Source: Phoronis australis (taxonomy: Eukaryota; Animalia; Phoronida). Taken from it: a DNA stretch of 64,000 nucleotides. Position numbers and translations under genes: made by a program. Shown in pieces: positions 28,401 through 40,400 of this stretch. The notes beneath the pieces were generated by a model. The model saw only the letters and a program-made list of their open reading frames with translations. It did no database searches and had not been told where the DNA came from. The stretch spans positions 16,835-80,834 of the forward strand of contig NMRA01000979.1 in NCBI GenBank assembly GCA_002633005.1. The letters run 5' to 3'. Within the stretch, counting starts at the first letter, position 1. The number at the start of each line of letters is the position of its first letter.

Positions 28401-31400
28401 AGGAACATATATCCCTGTTTTCACAATCATCCCTAGAGTGGTTTGGTTAGTAGAGGGGTGGACGCCAAACAACAGACTGGGAAACAGTAAAAATGGCTAA
28501 TAGGTGGTGGAAAATACCCGGAATCCATACGAAAACAGGAGGATAGCGTCATCCATTACAAGATGTCGATGTTCCGAATTTCATGAAAATCCGTTGAAAA
28601 CTTTGGAAGATGCAGAGGTAAACGTAAGAAATGTAAATTACAATTAGGAGACGCACAGGTTGTAAGATCAGTCCGAAATTCGCCGTCATCATAGAAATAC
28701 ATCTGACAAATCTTATCAAGATCCTGAGGGGCTTAGAAGATTAGCTGCGGACGCCCAGCGGACGATAGACACCCACACGCCCGCCAGACAAAGATGAAGG
28801 TAATACGCACCCACATATAAATGGGGTAGGTGCATAATAATATAACAAAGGCGACATCTTTGACTGTGTGTACTGCCTGTCGTCTAAACCTGTATTTTAT
28901 CAGAAATTTCGACCTTTTGAAATTTGATCGTGGTTTGTTAGCACACTGAAAGCTGGCCCAATGAGTTCAGGGTCTTGGAAATATCAAATTTCATCCCCGA
29001 TCTGTCATCAGTTTCACAAGTCAAACATCAGTCACCAGAAGAATTTTGTAGTCGTAAAACTAAAACAGTTAATACAACGGCAACCGCTCTACGTACGCAT
29101 TAAACTTGCAGAAAGGCAACTTTCGATTATTTATTTTCTGCAGTTTACATGCAGGTTCAAATAAAAACAAAACTAGATACTTTTAACAGAGAGGACGGCT
29201 ACACAGTTACGGAGATTTTTTGAAGTTTTTGTCTGGTTTTGCATTCTTTTAGGATTAGGAAAATAAATAAAATAGTTACTTGAATGGTATCAAAATCGAG
29301 AGTAAAATCTGAAGAAACGTAATTTAAATTATGGAACATTTACGATTGTCAGTTTGAATGAGTTTTTATGTGCCTGGTACATCTCGTCAACGTTGACGCA
29401 AATCCACATTCAATCTACATGTAATACCTGAACACAAGCTCACGTTGCAATGCTTCCACCGAACAGAAACAAGGTAACACCACGGTCCACCTTCCGTGTC
29501 GTCAGGATTCCGACAGAAATTTTCATGGGATTTCGGTTTCTTAGTGCTTTTCCACATTTTACATTTTTCGCCATTGCTTGCTGTGTTGACTTTGCCCATG
29601 TAATCCTTCCCGAGTTCTGTATACTTGCAATCATCTAAATTGACATTGTTTAAAAGCGAGGCATTTATCATTGTGCATTCATCTCACGGACGACACTGAA
29701 CAACAAACATCTTGGCGATCTTTTGAGATACTATTCTGAAGAGTTTAATAAAAATGTCATGTTGAAAATTAGAATTCATATACAACGTGTCATTATTGAT
29801 AAAATTGATGTCAGAGACAACCCAACGCAGACAATTCAAAACTGTTTAGCTAAATCAAATAAATCAACAATGTAGGACAACGTAACATTCAAAATAGGCT
29901 TAAAAAATCACAGTGCCACCTAGCACTAAGTTGAGTTACCATAAATTCACCGAGACAATAAAGAAAAGTTGACATTTGTTCAGTTAAAAGAGGTGCAAGA
30001 TGGTGTAAGGTGTTCATGGAAAATATGCTTACATTTTTATTCAACGTTTTCTTGGTTATAGATTATGGGTCTGGGTAAAAGAAAACCAAGATTTGCTTAT
30101 GGTTTGATAACCTTTTAAGCTCAGACAGTTCCGTTATAGCCTTGGACAATCGTACGAATAGAATCGTATAATCCTAGTCAAATCATAATCGTATCGTAAT
30201 AACATCGTAATTACAAAATGTGCATCATAGTCATATCGTTATCACATCTTAATTACAACGTAATCAAGTGCACCTCTTCCCGACAAAGGCGATTTGTAAA
30301 AAAATGGCCACGGTTGTTTAAAACTATTTTAGTAAAAGGTTCTGTGGTGATTGGCAAAAGAACAGGTCACCTAAGGCAAGTGAAATTAAAGAAATTACAC
30401 AGCAAGTGCCACTACAAAAACACTCACGAGAGCCGTTTCCACTGGTTATGTGTATCCCGTGAACAACGAAGGTTCCATTGAATTCCGCTCTCCACCACGG
30501 ATTTTGCAGATGACTTCTCTTCAATGTATGTGAACAAGACTTTCCCTTCAAGAAGTCTGTAGAATGACTGCCATCAATGGCCTTCCCGGCGTCAGCAGTG
30601 AAACTGAACGAGTGAGAAACAAGACTCAGCGTCGACGACTGGTCAGCTTTAGAGAGAGGAATTTTACCTACATTTGAACAAAACAGGTATTGTACGCATG
30701 CTTTCTGTAAACAAGGTAACTGGTGAATAGATGAAGACAGGCCGGAGAAAGTAATTACAACTTGATACGCATGTTTCCCTAAATTTTAAAAATAAAAGCG
30801 ATATCTGAGGTTGTTACAGTGATCCAAAATACAGCACCGGCAGCTATCAAACAAAGAAATATTCGGATAATTAAGGGGAAATCTAGTATATGCAAAAATA
30901 ACATATTCCATACGTGCGCACTTCTTGACTCCCACGCCATTTTACCAAATGTACATTTGTCGAAAAGTTATGTTCGTGAGTTGAGAAACGACGTCAAAAG
31001 TAAAGAAAAAACAAATTTCGTCACTTTCAATTCAACTACTTGCTTATGTTTTACTAAAATGAGCAAGGAAAGGGCAGTAGTCGTCGAGAATTTCAACTAG
31101 CGCAAGTGGAAACAGAAAATGGAGTCGTTTTTTTCGGTAAAAGGTCGAGCAATGAAGCAATTCGCATGGTACCAACTTGAAGATCGGTAAGTGGACTTCC
31201 TGGCATGCAAATCAAAATCTCCCGACCATAGAATCACCCTGACCATCAACTAAAACACTGCACATCACTGGTTGCAAAAATGACAACAATTCAAAAATAT
31301 TGTCCATTACAACACGATTTTTTAATTCTTCCACTGTGGTTGTCGGGCAAAATAATCCACCCTTAACGATGTCGCCGAGTATATGCTACTAACAAACGAA

Positions 31401-34400
31401 AGCCATTGAAACGTTAGCAGAGGAATCCGATTATATTTGCTGTCGGGTACAGTAAGGTATTACCATAGTGGGGGCTCACAACCCTAGAATACAAGTTAGT
31501 CTTGCTTCCAGTAGCCGTGAAGACGTTTACACCAGTGTGTATATGAAACTCCTTGTAGTCTAGTCTGCTTGATATTGACTGGACTTCTGACGGTGATAAC
31601 GTTGAGACACTTGCATCATACACGCTGGCTGATATGAGGTCAGTGGCTAGGTCAACGTTACTTCCGCCGTAGACGCGGACAGTTCCGGAACCCATTGACG
31701 AAAGTGTACTCAGACGGTAGAGTGGCTCTGAAAATTTTTTATGAGATATTTTATCCGTATGTGAGGCTACTCGCGCTCAGGTCATTAGAACGTGTATCAA
31801 TTGCGTCATTAAATAATAAAAACAAATTGATAAAATGAAAAGTAAAATTAGTTAAAGATACATGGAACGCGAAAAACAGACTCAATTGGAATATTGGAAG
31901 TGGTTCCGTGACACTAAAATGGAATTGAACCTGCTCACACGGTGTTTTTAAGGTTAGTTCGTAATGGTTTTTAATTTCTGTTGATATAAAACCATTTTCT
32001 TTTAGTTTCAAATTTCAGAAAAAAAAAACAATTTGTAAACTGCTCGCCCCTTCGCCTATTTTCTTCTACAAGGCAAAGCAGACATCCTTATTTGTTATGG
32101 CAAGACACAGACGTAGCACACTCCCCTAATATGGAAAATGTGATCTTTGACCTCAATGGACTTCAAGCATTTAACTGTGAGCGCATGCATGTACTTATCA
32201 TGAGTGGGAGGTAGATTACAAATTCTGTGGTGACCACAGAGCCATTCCTTCGTGCATGGTTCAACCGTGCGCGCACCCAGGGTGGGGGGGGGGGGGGGNN
32301 NNNNNNNNNNNNNNNNNNNNNNNNNNNNNNNNNNNNNNNNNNNNNNNNNNNNNNNNNNNNNNNNNNNNNNNNNNNNNNNNNNNNNNNNNNNNNNNNNNNN
32401 NNNNNNNNNNNNNNNNNNNNNNNNNNNNNNNNNNNNNNNNNNNNNNNNNNNNNNNNNNNNNNNNNNNNNNNNNNNNNNNNNNNNNNNNNNNNNNNNNNNN
32501 NNNNNNNNNNNNNNNNNNNNNNNNNNNNNNNNNNNNNNNNNNNNNNNNNNNNNNNNNNNNNNNNNNNNNNNNNNNNNNNNNNNNNNNNNNNNNNNNNNNN
32601 NNNNNNNNNNNNNNNNNNNNNNNNNNNNNNNNNNNNNNNNNNNNNNNNNNNNNNNNNNNNNNNNNNNNNNNNNNNNNNNNNNNNNNNNNNNNNNNNNNNN
32701 NNNNNNNNNNNNNNNNNNNNNNNNNNNNNNNNNNNNNNNNNNNNNNNNNNNNNNNNNNNNNNNNNNNNNNNNNNNNNNNNNNNNNNNNNNNNNNNNNNNN
32801 NNNNNNNNNNNNNNNNNNNNNNNNNNNNNNNNNNNNNNNNNNNNNNNNNNNNNNNNNNNNNNNNNNNNNNNNNNNNNNNNNNNNNNNNNNNNNNNNNNNN
32901 NNNNNNNNNNNNNNNNNNNNNNNNNNNNNNNNNNNNNNNNNNNNNNNNNNNNNNNNNNNNNNNNNNNNNNNNNNNNNNNNNNNNNNNNNNNNNNNNNNNN
33001 NNNNNNNNNNNNNNNNNNNNNNNNNNNNNNNNNNNNNNNNNNNNNNNNNNNNNNNNNNNNNNNNNNNNNNNNNNNNNNTTTTTTAAATGATAGTTTTAAG
33101 TGTAGAATGTATTTTTGACGAGGTGAAAACTCGAAATCGGTAACACAAATCCGGTCACGACCCGTTTGAAATACACTGAAGTAACGAAATGAGTACAGAA
33201 AGCGAATGGAAGTATTGTAGCCCCTAGATGGCCCCGCGTTGGTTTGAATGCGCTAAATCTCCCCTTACTCCCAGCTCTCCTAATGTTGTTTATCCATTTT
33301 TCACGAAATTCTTGGCTTGCAGGGAACTCATAAAATTCAGATTTTTATCTCTCTTGTTGTTTTTGAAGCAGCCAGGAACACAACAAGTGTATCCGCCGTA
33401 AGTTTTCTTCGCGCTCACCGCTTATTATGCTTGTTACTATGGCCGCTTTCGGAATCCTGACCACAGCACCCACAATGCACCATTTTAACCTAATTTCAAT
33501 ATGGCGTCGCTGCAAATCCGCTATTGTCCGAGCATAATTTTGTTGTTAATATTAGGTAAAAAGTCAGAAGTCGAAAGCATATGAAATTTAAACCAGAATA
33601 ACTAAAGTCAAATTGATGGAAGATAATAAATAATGGTCGTTTTTTGAATCAGTTTTCACTTAATTCACAGTGAATAAAAATTAATTCGGTCACTTACCAA
33701 TCTTTCTGGCCGACACGAAACGTTTGCATTTCCATCGGTAATGATACCTGTAAACAATTTGTTGAACGAATAATGCTCCATCCGACCGTAACATTTACTG
33801 TACGTGATGTATTTATGATAGTTAGTGGCATTTGTTTCGAAATTATCCATTCACGGTTTTTATAATGCAGTCATAGAAGTCATGTGATACCGGTCCGTCG
33901 GAAAGCATTTAACATTTTTGACGGATGGGCCAAGCTGCTACTGAGTGCTTGAAACGTGATATTGAGCAACGGGATAGAAAGAAAATTGTGCAATCTTGCA
34001 ACCTCTCCCCGTCAGCTTTTCTTCTCTCCACAAAAGTTTACACATCCACTTGCCGATCGTAATAAAGTCGTAACCCTATTGCGACCAACTTCCCGTGCCC
34101 AACACCGCGTCAACTTAACCTTTACGATTCAGTTAATTTTCAGAAAACATTTTCCGGTAACGTCATTTTAAATAATGACTTCTGGGGGACTATTGGATGC
34201 TAAATGTTTTTAAGACTCATAAAGGTTTTTTAGAAAATTATCCGCAACAACAAATAACATATTATGATTTATAATGATACTGAACCATATTTTATTGTGT
34301 TGACCCCAAATGTTTCTTTCTCCTGATATTGTGTTATTGGTGTATCCCTGGAGGTTGGACGTAATGTTCAGCCAAAACATTATGTTCACATTTTCATACA

Positions 34401-37400
34401 CGGGTTCGCTTGTTAGAGGCGCACGACCACTCTGATCTTCCCACAGTCTTAAATCAACTCACCAGAGCCGTTAGTCACGCTTTTAATTTAGATCATTTAT
34501 AAAAGACAGGTGGAGCTTCAATCAAACGGTTGAAGATTGTCCGGCGAAGGTCAACACAACATTATTTTTTTCAAAGCTTTTGTGTTGTGTTTCATTATTA
34601 TCCGTCAAGAGTAAACATCCAAGGGCAGTGTCCTTTTATCTGATCGAAGCAATGCTTTGATTTGACATGTGACTATTAACCTAACTTGAGTTCCACTTTA
34701 TTATGGAGCATTAATTGAAAGTCAAGTACCAGAAAAAGTAGGCTGTGTCAACTAGTAAAAGTACATATTTTCTAAAAGAAAAAAGATCACGGATTATAAG
34801 AAAAACTATACTTACATATCATTTTATTATAACTGGACCTCTTTTTAAGTGAAATTTTTTAAGTGAAACTTTTAAGGAAAATTCCTTTAAGTAAAAACTT
34901 GCCGATAACTCTAAACAACTCTGTTAGGAACTTTCGATGACCCATTTAGTTTAGTTTCTGCGCCAAATTAACTCGCAAAAACTAAGGCATTTTGGCAAAA
35001 AAACAACAGTCGTAGTCGTCTGTAGCACCGTCGTTTAAAAATTCCTAACAAGGTTTTTGTGTTAACATTGGGAAGATTCAGTGAAGTCGACACTTCATTG
35101 TTGTAGGCAACTTTTGAAAGTCGTACCGGGAAGACTGATATTAAGAAACCAAGTACGACATGATCAACATCCAGAATTAAAGCGCAGAGAGAGTTAGAGA
35201 ACGAAAAAGTGAAACGTCAAATTTCCGATGAAATTAATTACTTTGGGTGAGGATTTACCTTTTGTCACAACTCGCTGCTTTCGTGAAAAGAAAGTGCCTG
35301 ATGCCGTGCGGCGGAATAGTATGCACGCAAACCCGTAACTCCATCAGTATCAAAACCATGATTTGTCGCCATTTTCCGAGGCATCTTTCTATGCTATACA
35401 CATCTCGTTGAATGAAGAATATGTCAATGAATAAAAGGACTGTGAAGTCTGGAGATTCGATTTGAGTGTCGGCTCAATAACTTTTGAACTTCGATTAAGT
35501 TGCCAACAAATTCCCACGCGGTTCAAGTGGGTCGGGGAAATAGAATTTTTCCTACCATAAACAGACAAGATGTGGATTTGCAAGTTAACTAGAAATGAGG
35601 ATAACAGATTTATCAGGAATTCAATGTGGCAAAAAAAAATTTAAAAAAATAATATTGCATAGTCATAGAAATAGTCCCAACGAACGTGTCAACATCGCAA
35701 AACAAAGGAGTCGTAATACGTACATGTGGACACATCAGCCGACCTCAAGAAATGCGAAATCATATACATGCAACAACACCTTTTCCCAATTTTGTTAACC
35801 ACCCATAGAGTTCAAGGGGTCGTAATGTTAACGTGTTATTTACCCGTAACTCCGTCCAGCGCCGTAACGAAATGATGCGATATACGAAGTTCTAACTGGA
35901 GCTGTGCAAGTCGTCCATCTAACTGTTCTGTCAGAGTCGTTATCGCTCCAGGGCAAGATACGTCCGTCGTGCCACGCCGCACGACAGACTTTGGAGTCCT
36001 TTAGAAAAAATCGGATATAAGACATAGGTTTTAGACGTATACCAAAGGCCACTATAACAGAGTACCATATAAAATTAATACAATATATGGTAATTTTATC
36101 CAAAATATTCAATTACGTTCGAATAACGATACACTGTGTGTGCACTGGGGCAAACGATCACTGGAGCAATAAGTGCGTGTACAGGTTATACCACATACAT
36201 AGGAATACTACTGCCATATCCTATCTCCCATTCCTTTCATCTGGGAATGTCCCATCTCGACCGAATTATCCCGCATATATGGACTTACAGGGCCGTAGGA
36301 AGAGGGGGAGGGGGCGGGGGGGCACGGGCCCCCCAAAAAATTTTCAGGCGTCTGGGTTAAACCGTGGCAACCGACATAGGCGTGGTGCCGGGGACAGTTG
36401 AGAAAAGAAAGACCGCGAAAAACGAATAAGAGAAAAAATTCAAGAGGACATTTAACAAATCAGCATCAGTGCATGGTTTACCTTTTGAGGACCCTGTTCT
36501 CACTGTTCACAGCTGTCTAGGCTACTATTTATAATGATCGTGTACATGTCGAAAGGGGTACACCATAGACATCTTAATACTATGGAGCGGGCGCACGCGC
36601 TACTGCAGCTGACAACTTGACGCCATATTGGAGAGTGCTACTAGTCACGTGACACGGATATTTGCCATGTAAACAAACGGGGTAAATTGTCTTTTTCAAA
36701 GCGCGATATCCAACAAATAAAGAGGCCGAAGAGTGTGATTTTCTCCAGAAACATACATGTACAAAACATGTGATGTAGCACTTACATGCGTTTTTTTAGA
36801 GTTAATCAGTCGATAAGGAAAAAATCGAACTATTAGAATATCGCAACCAGTGGATACTCGAGTGGCCTGAGCGTGTTAATCCACTGCGAGCGTTTTATTT
36901 GTTTTCTTTTTTTCAAGAGAAACCAGTAAGATCACGCAAACTTATCAGTTAATTCGTGTCGCTCGTTGCAAATACATTATATCCAGGGGACGCGCTGCTC
37001 ACTTGGGACGTACTTTTGTGTGCCCCAATAAGCCTTAGTTTTCAGTATTGGAAATGACCCGGGTAACTACGTAAAATCAAAATACGACCCAGGTCGCATT
37101 TAAAGGGGGACCGTTTAAATTTAATGTGAACTACTGTTGGAGTCATATAGATAAATAACAGGTTTTTAAAGTTCATTAGGGAGTTCTCCCGTTCGACCAG
37201 ACGTACAGCCGTTGTGAACGTGTGATAGTCTTAACATGGGTTGTATAGTTGGTCGATTTTGGTGATTCAAAAACTTTAAGCATGACAAGTATTTGATGGG
37301 GAATTCAGAAATGCCATTCGTTTATGTTCAAACATTTTATAAGTTAACTTATTTTAACACCACAGCCCAGCTAGTCAATAAGATACGATCTTATTGGAGA

Positions 37401-40400
37401 TTAGAGCAACTATCGAACAAAAGAGAGCTGACCCTCGAACCCTAATTGCCAGAATGGACTTAATCAGTCGTCGGTGTAAGCTATTGGCTAACAGTGGTCA
37501 TCCGCCCAACTTGTGCTATACGGCAACCTAACAAGTTACACTAAAGGGGAGAACTCCGTAATCTAAAAACCATAGAACACAGACCCAATTCCTCTCCTGC
37601 GCATCGCTCGGGATTGCCAACGGACAAATATTCTTCTCTCACGCACGGTATTCCTCTCTCACGGACCTGAATTCCCCCCGATCATTCACCAGGCACTTGT
37701 CGGCCTTTTGTAGTATCCCCACACCGTGTAATTGTGTGCTCACAAAGAGATCAGTTCCGCTCCTATACATTATTTCGAACCGTTCCTATCCACTCCCGCC
37801 CTTAACTGAATATGTACTGCGCGTCCCTCAGCCGCCGAGAAATTTAAAATAAATTCTTCTCCCACGCACGCTTGGCCTCAGTTCTCACGATTACAAATTT
37901 GACTTTCATAATAAGAACACTTGGCTGCGATAGGAAGATTCTTAACATGTGGCCAAGTATTTTGGATTTGTCTTCATGCAGTTCAATAGTCAGATATTAC
38001 ATCTTGGCACGAGCAGAGTAAAAATGCCCAGTTGCCAAGTTGGGCAACTGAACGACGGACTGTTCGAAAAATTGTGATTGTTTTTGCTTCAGCCCAGCTT
38101 CTCTACATCATATTCCCGGTCTGCACGCCGTTCAGTACTTTCACTCTCTAATTGAGGCATATATTGAAAAAGCAAGATTTCCCTTGCCGCGCGTTAATCA
38201 GGTGACCCCCATACCTAAGCATCCGCGTATCGAACATTGTTGAAAGATCGCCAATTGCGGGTTTCGTGCCTGCTTATCCCAACCCCCTGTTGCAGAGGAA
38301 CCCAGTGGCGGATTTAGAGGGGCCAAGACCCCTTTATCCCAGCTTCCATTTGACAGTTCGGGGTGCGAAAGTCCGACGGGCAAAATCCTGGCTAATACAT
38401 GNNNNNNNNNNNNNNNNNNNNNNNNNNNNNNNNNNNNNNNNNNNNNNNNNNNNNNNNNNNNNNNNNNNNNNNNNNNNNNNNNNNNNNNNNNNNNNNNNNN
38501 NNNNNNNNNNNNNGCTCCAATGAGCCGAATGAGCCCCCATTTGACCAAGTGGGCAAAAGGTCCTTCTAAGAGAAACAAAAAGTCCGAGGAAATGAGACAA
38601 AAGTCGCGAATGCACAATGAGCGGGGTTGAACCAAGTACCCCATTTTTTAGTACTCATCGTCTTGCTCCAGTAACAGGTCCACATGTCCGCGAAATTCGA
38701 ACCCCCTCTATATTTTAGGCTGGGTACGCGCATGTAATCCTCTGCCTTTGCCCCCCTAAATCAAAATTTTTAATCCACCCCTGGAACCGTTGAATAATGA
38801 CGGGTTTTCACGGACGGGAGGTCATTTTTTCATTGGCTAAAAATTCTTCACATTAAATTTAGACCCTGTGAAAAAATAGCCCCGGTCATTTTTCACGGAG
38901 TCATTACTTAATGCTACACCGACTCGGTTGGTTATATTTCCACTCGGTTTCGAGTGGGAAATTCTGTATTTTGTGTATACGTTGGATGCGCAATTCAGTC
39001 GTACAAGTTTCATATATTGGTTACTATAAATTTTACTTCTTTTGCGCAAGTTTTGAGTCACAAATAAAGAACTCGTAAGCAAGCAGTGCAAAACCACAAA
39101 ATTTCCTATATCAAATTTAACACAAGTACAGATTTTGCAGGGGTATGTTTGTTTTAATACAACAGAAGAAATCTGATTTTGGAATACTTATTAAGAAATG
39201 AGTTTTTAAAACAGTATATGTTTCAACAGAGAATACATTCTTCACTTAGATGTACTGATTTTGATGGCTTGCGAGTAAGTTCGGGGATATTATTTTTCAG
39301 AACAATTAAAAATATATATGATTGTCATTGATACTGAATATTTATTTAAATATAATTAGCAAACAGCATCATCATTGGATAACAGCATATGCTGGTCAAT
39401 AAGTATCTTTTAATTGATCTTACATGGTCTCATGCACCAAGACTAGTGTGGAAACAGCGCATAATTGCTCCCCTTATACTATGGTGGCAGAACATAAAAA
39501 CCTAATGGCAGCACCTCTTAACTCCATGGTCGAACCAAAAAACTCATGACTCAAAGGCAGGACCAAAAAACTTAACCCTTTGGGTGCAAGCATAACACTG
39601 CGAGCCCGCCGATTTTCTGACTGATGCTGTAGGGCTAACAGTGTTTTCCGCCATTTTTGTTCTGAGTAACACTCTCCAATATGGCGTCATATTGACGACG
39701 CGAACTGCATGTATCTGAGTAGCGCGCACCCGTTCTATGTGATGTCTATGGGGTACTCAAACAACTCTCGCAATCATAAACAAAAATTTCAACGTTTTTT
39801 TGTCAGTGGAGTTCAAGTTTACATCGTGAACCGTTGTAGGTACCTCTTAATACGTATACCTCGTCTCCCATATTCCCCCGCTTACCCGTCAAAAGTCTGC
39901 AACCATGCATGCGGAAATTCGTTGGTTTCTGATTTACTTGTTTATGTATCTACGAATATCGATAGATCCATAGATGATTTTTGACAATTAGAAGCTAATC
40001 TTGTAAGACTTGGTGATAATTCAGTGAATTTAATTGCTGCTTGAAGTTGGAAAAACTCTATCTGATCCCAAAATAGTAAAGTATACCTAGACGATTTTTG
40101 CATGTCTAAAATAACTCTCAAAGACATCGATGAAATTCATACACACAAACTGTAGATAGAAAAAACGTTTTAAAAATACTTAAATAAATAAAATCAAACT
40201 CATTGTTTGGAAAGGTTGTCTTCGCAGTTCCTTGGTGTTTTTAGTTTCCAGTAGTATTGAGTAATGAAGTTTTGTTCTCCAAAACTGAATTGATTGCTTC
40301 CCTGATTCGCATGACTGGCGTATCCACGTTAAAAATGCAGTAGGCCGCGCAGACTCCCAGTGATAACCACAAGAACTGAATTTGAACTACAGGCATTCAG

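Noticed and set aside
32227-33118. Long ORFs of 276-288 aa
   Set aside because: Artefacts of translating through the N-gap at 32299-33078
34210-34450. Possible extra gene A exon ([20 protein letters not shown]...)
   Set aside because: Acceptor is weak and no suitable GT donor was found; exon 33698-33747 already closes the frame. An exon hidden in the gap cannot be excluded
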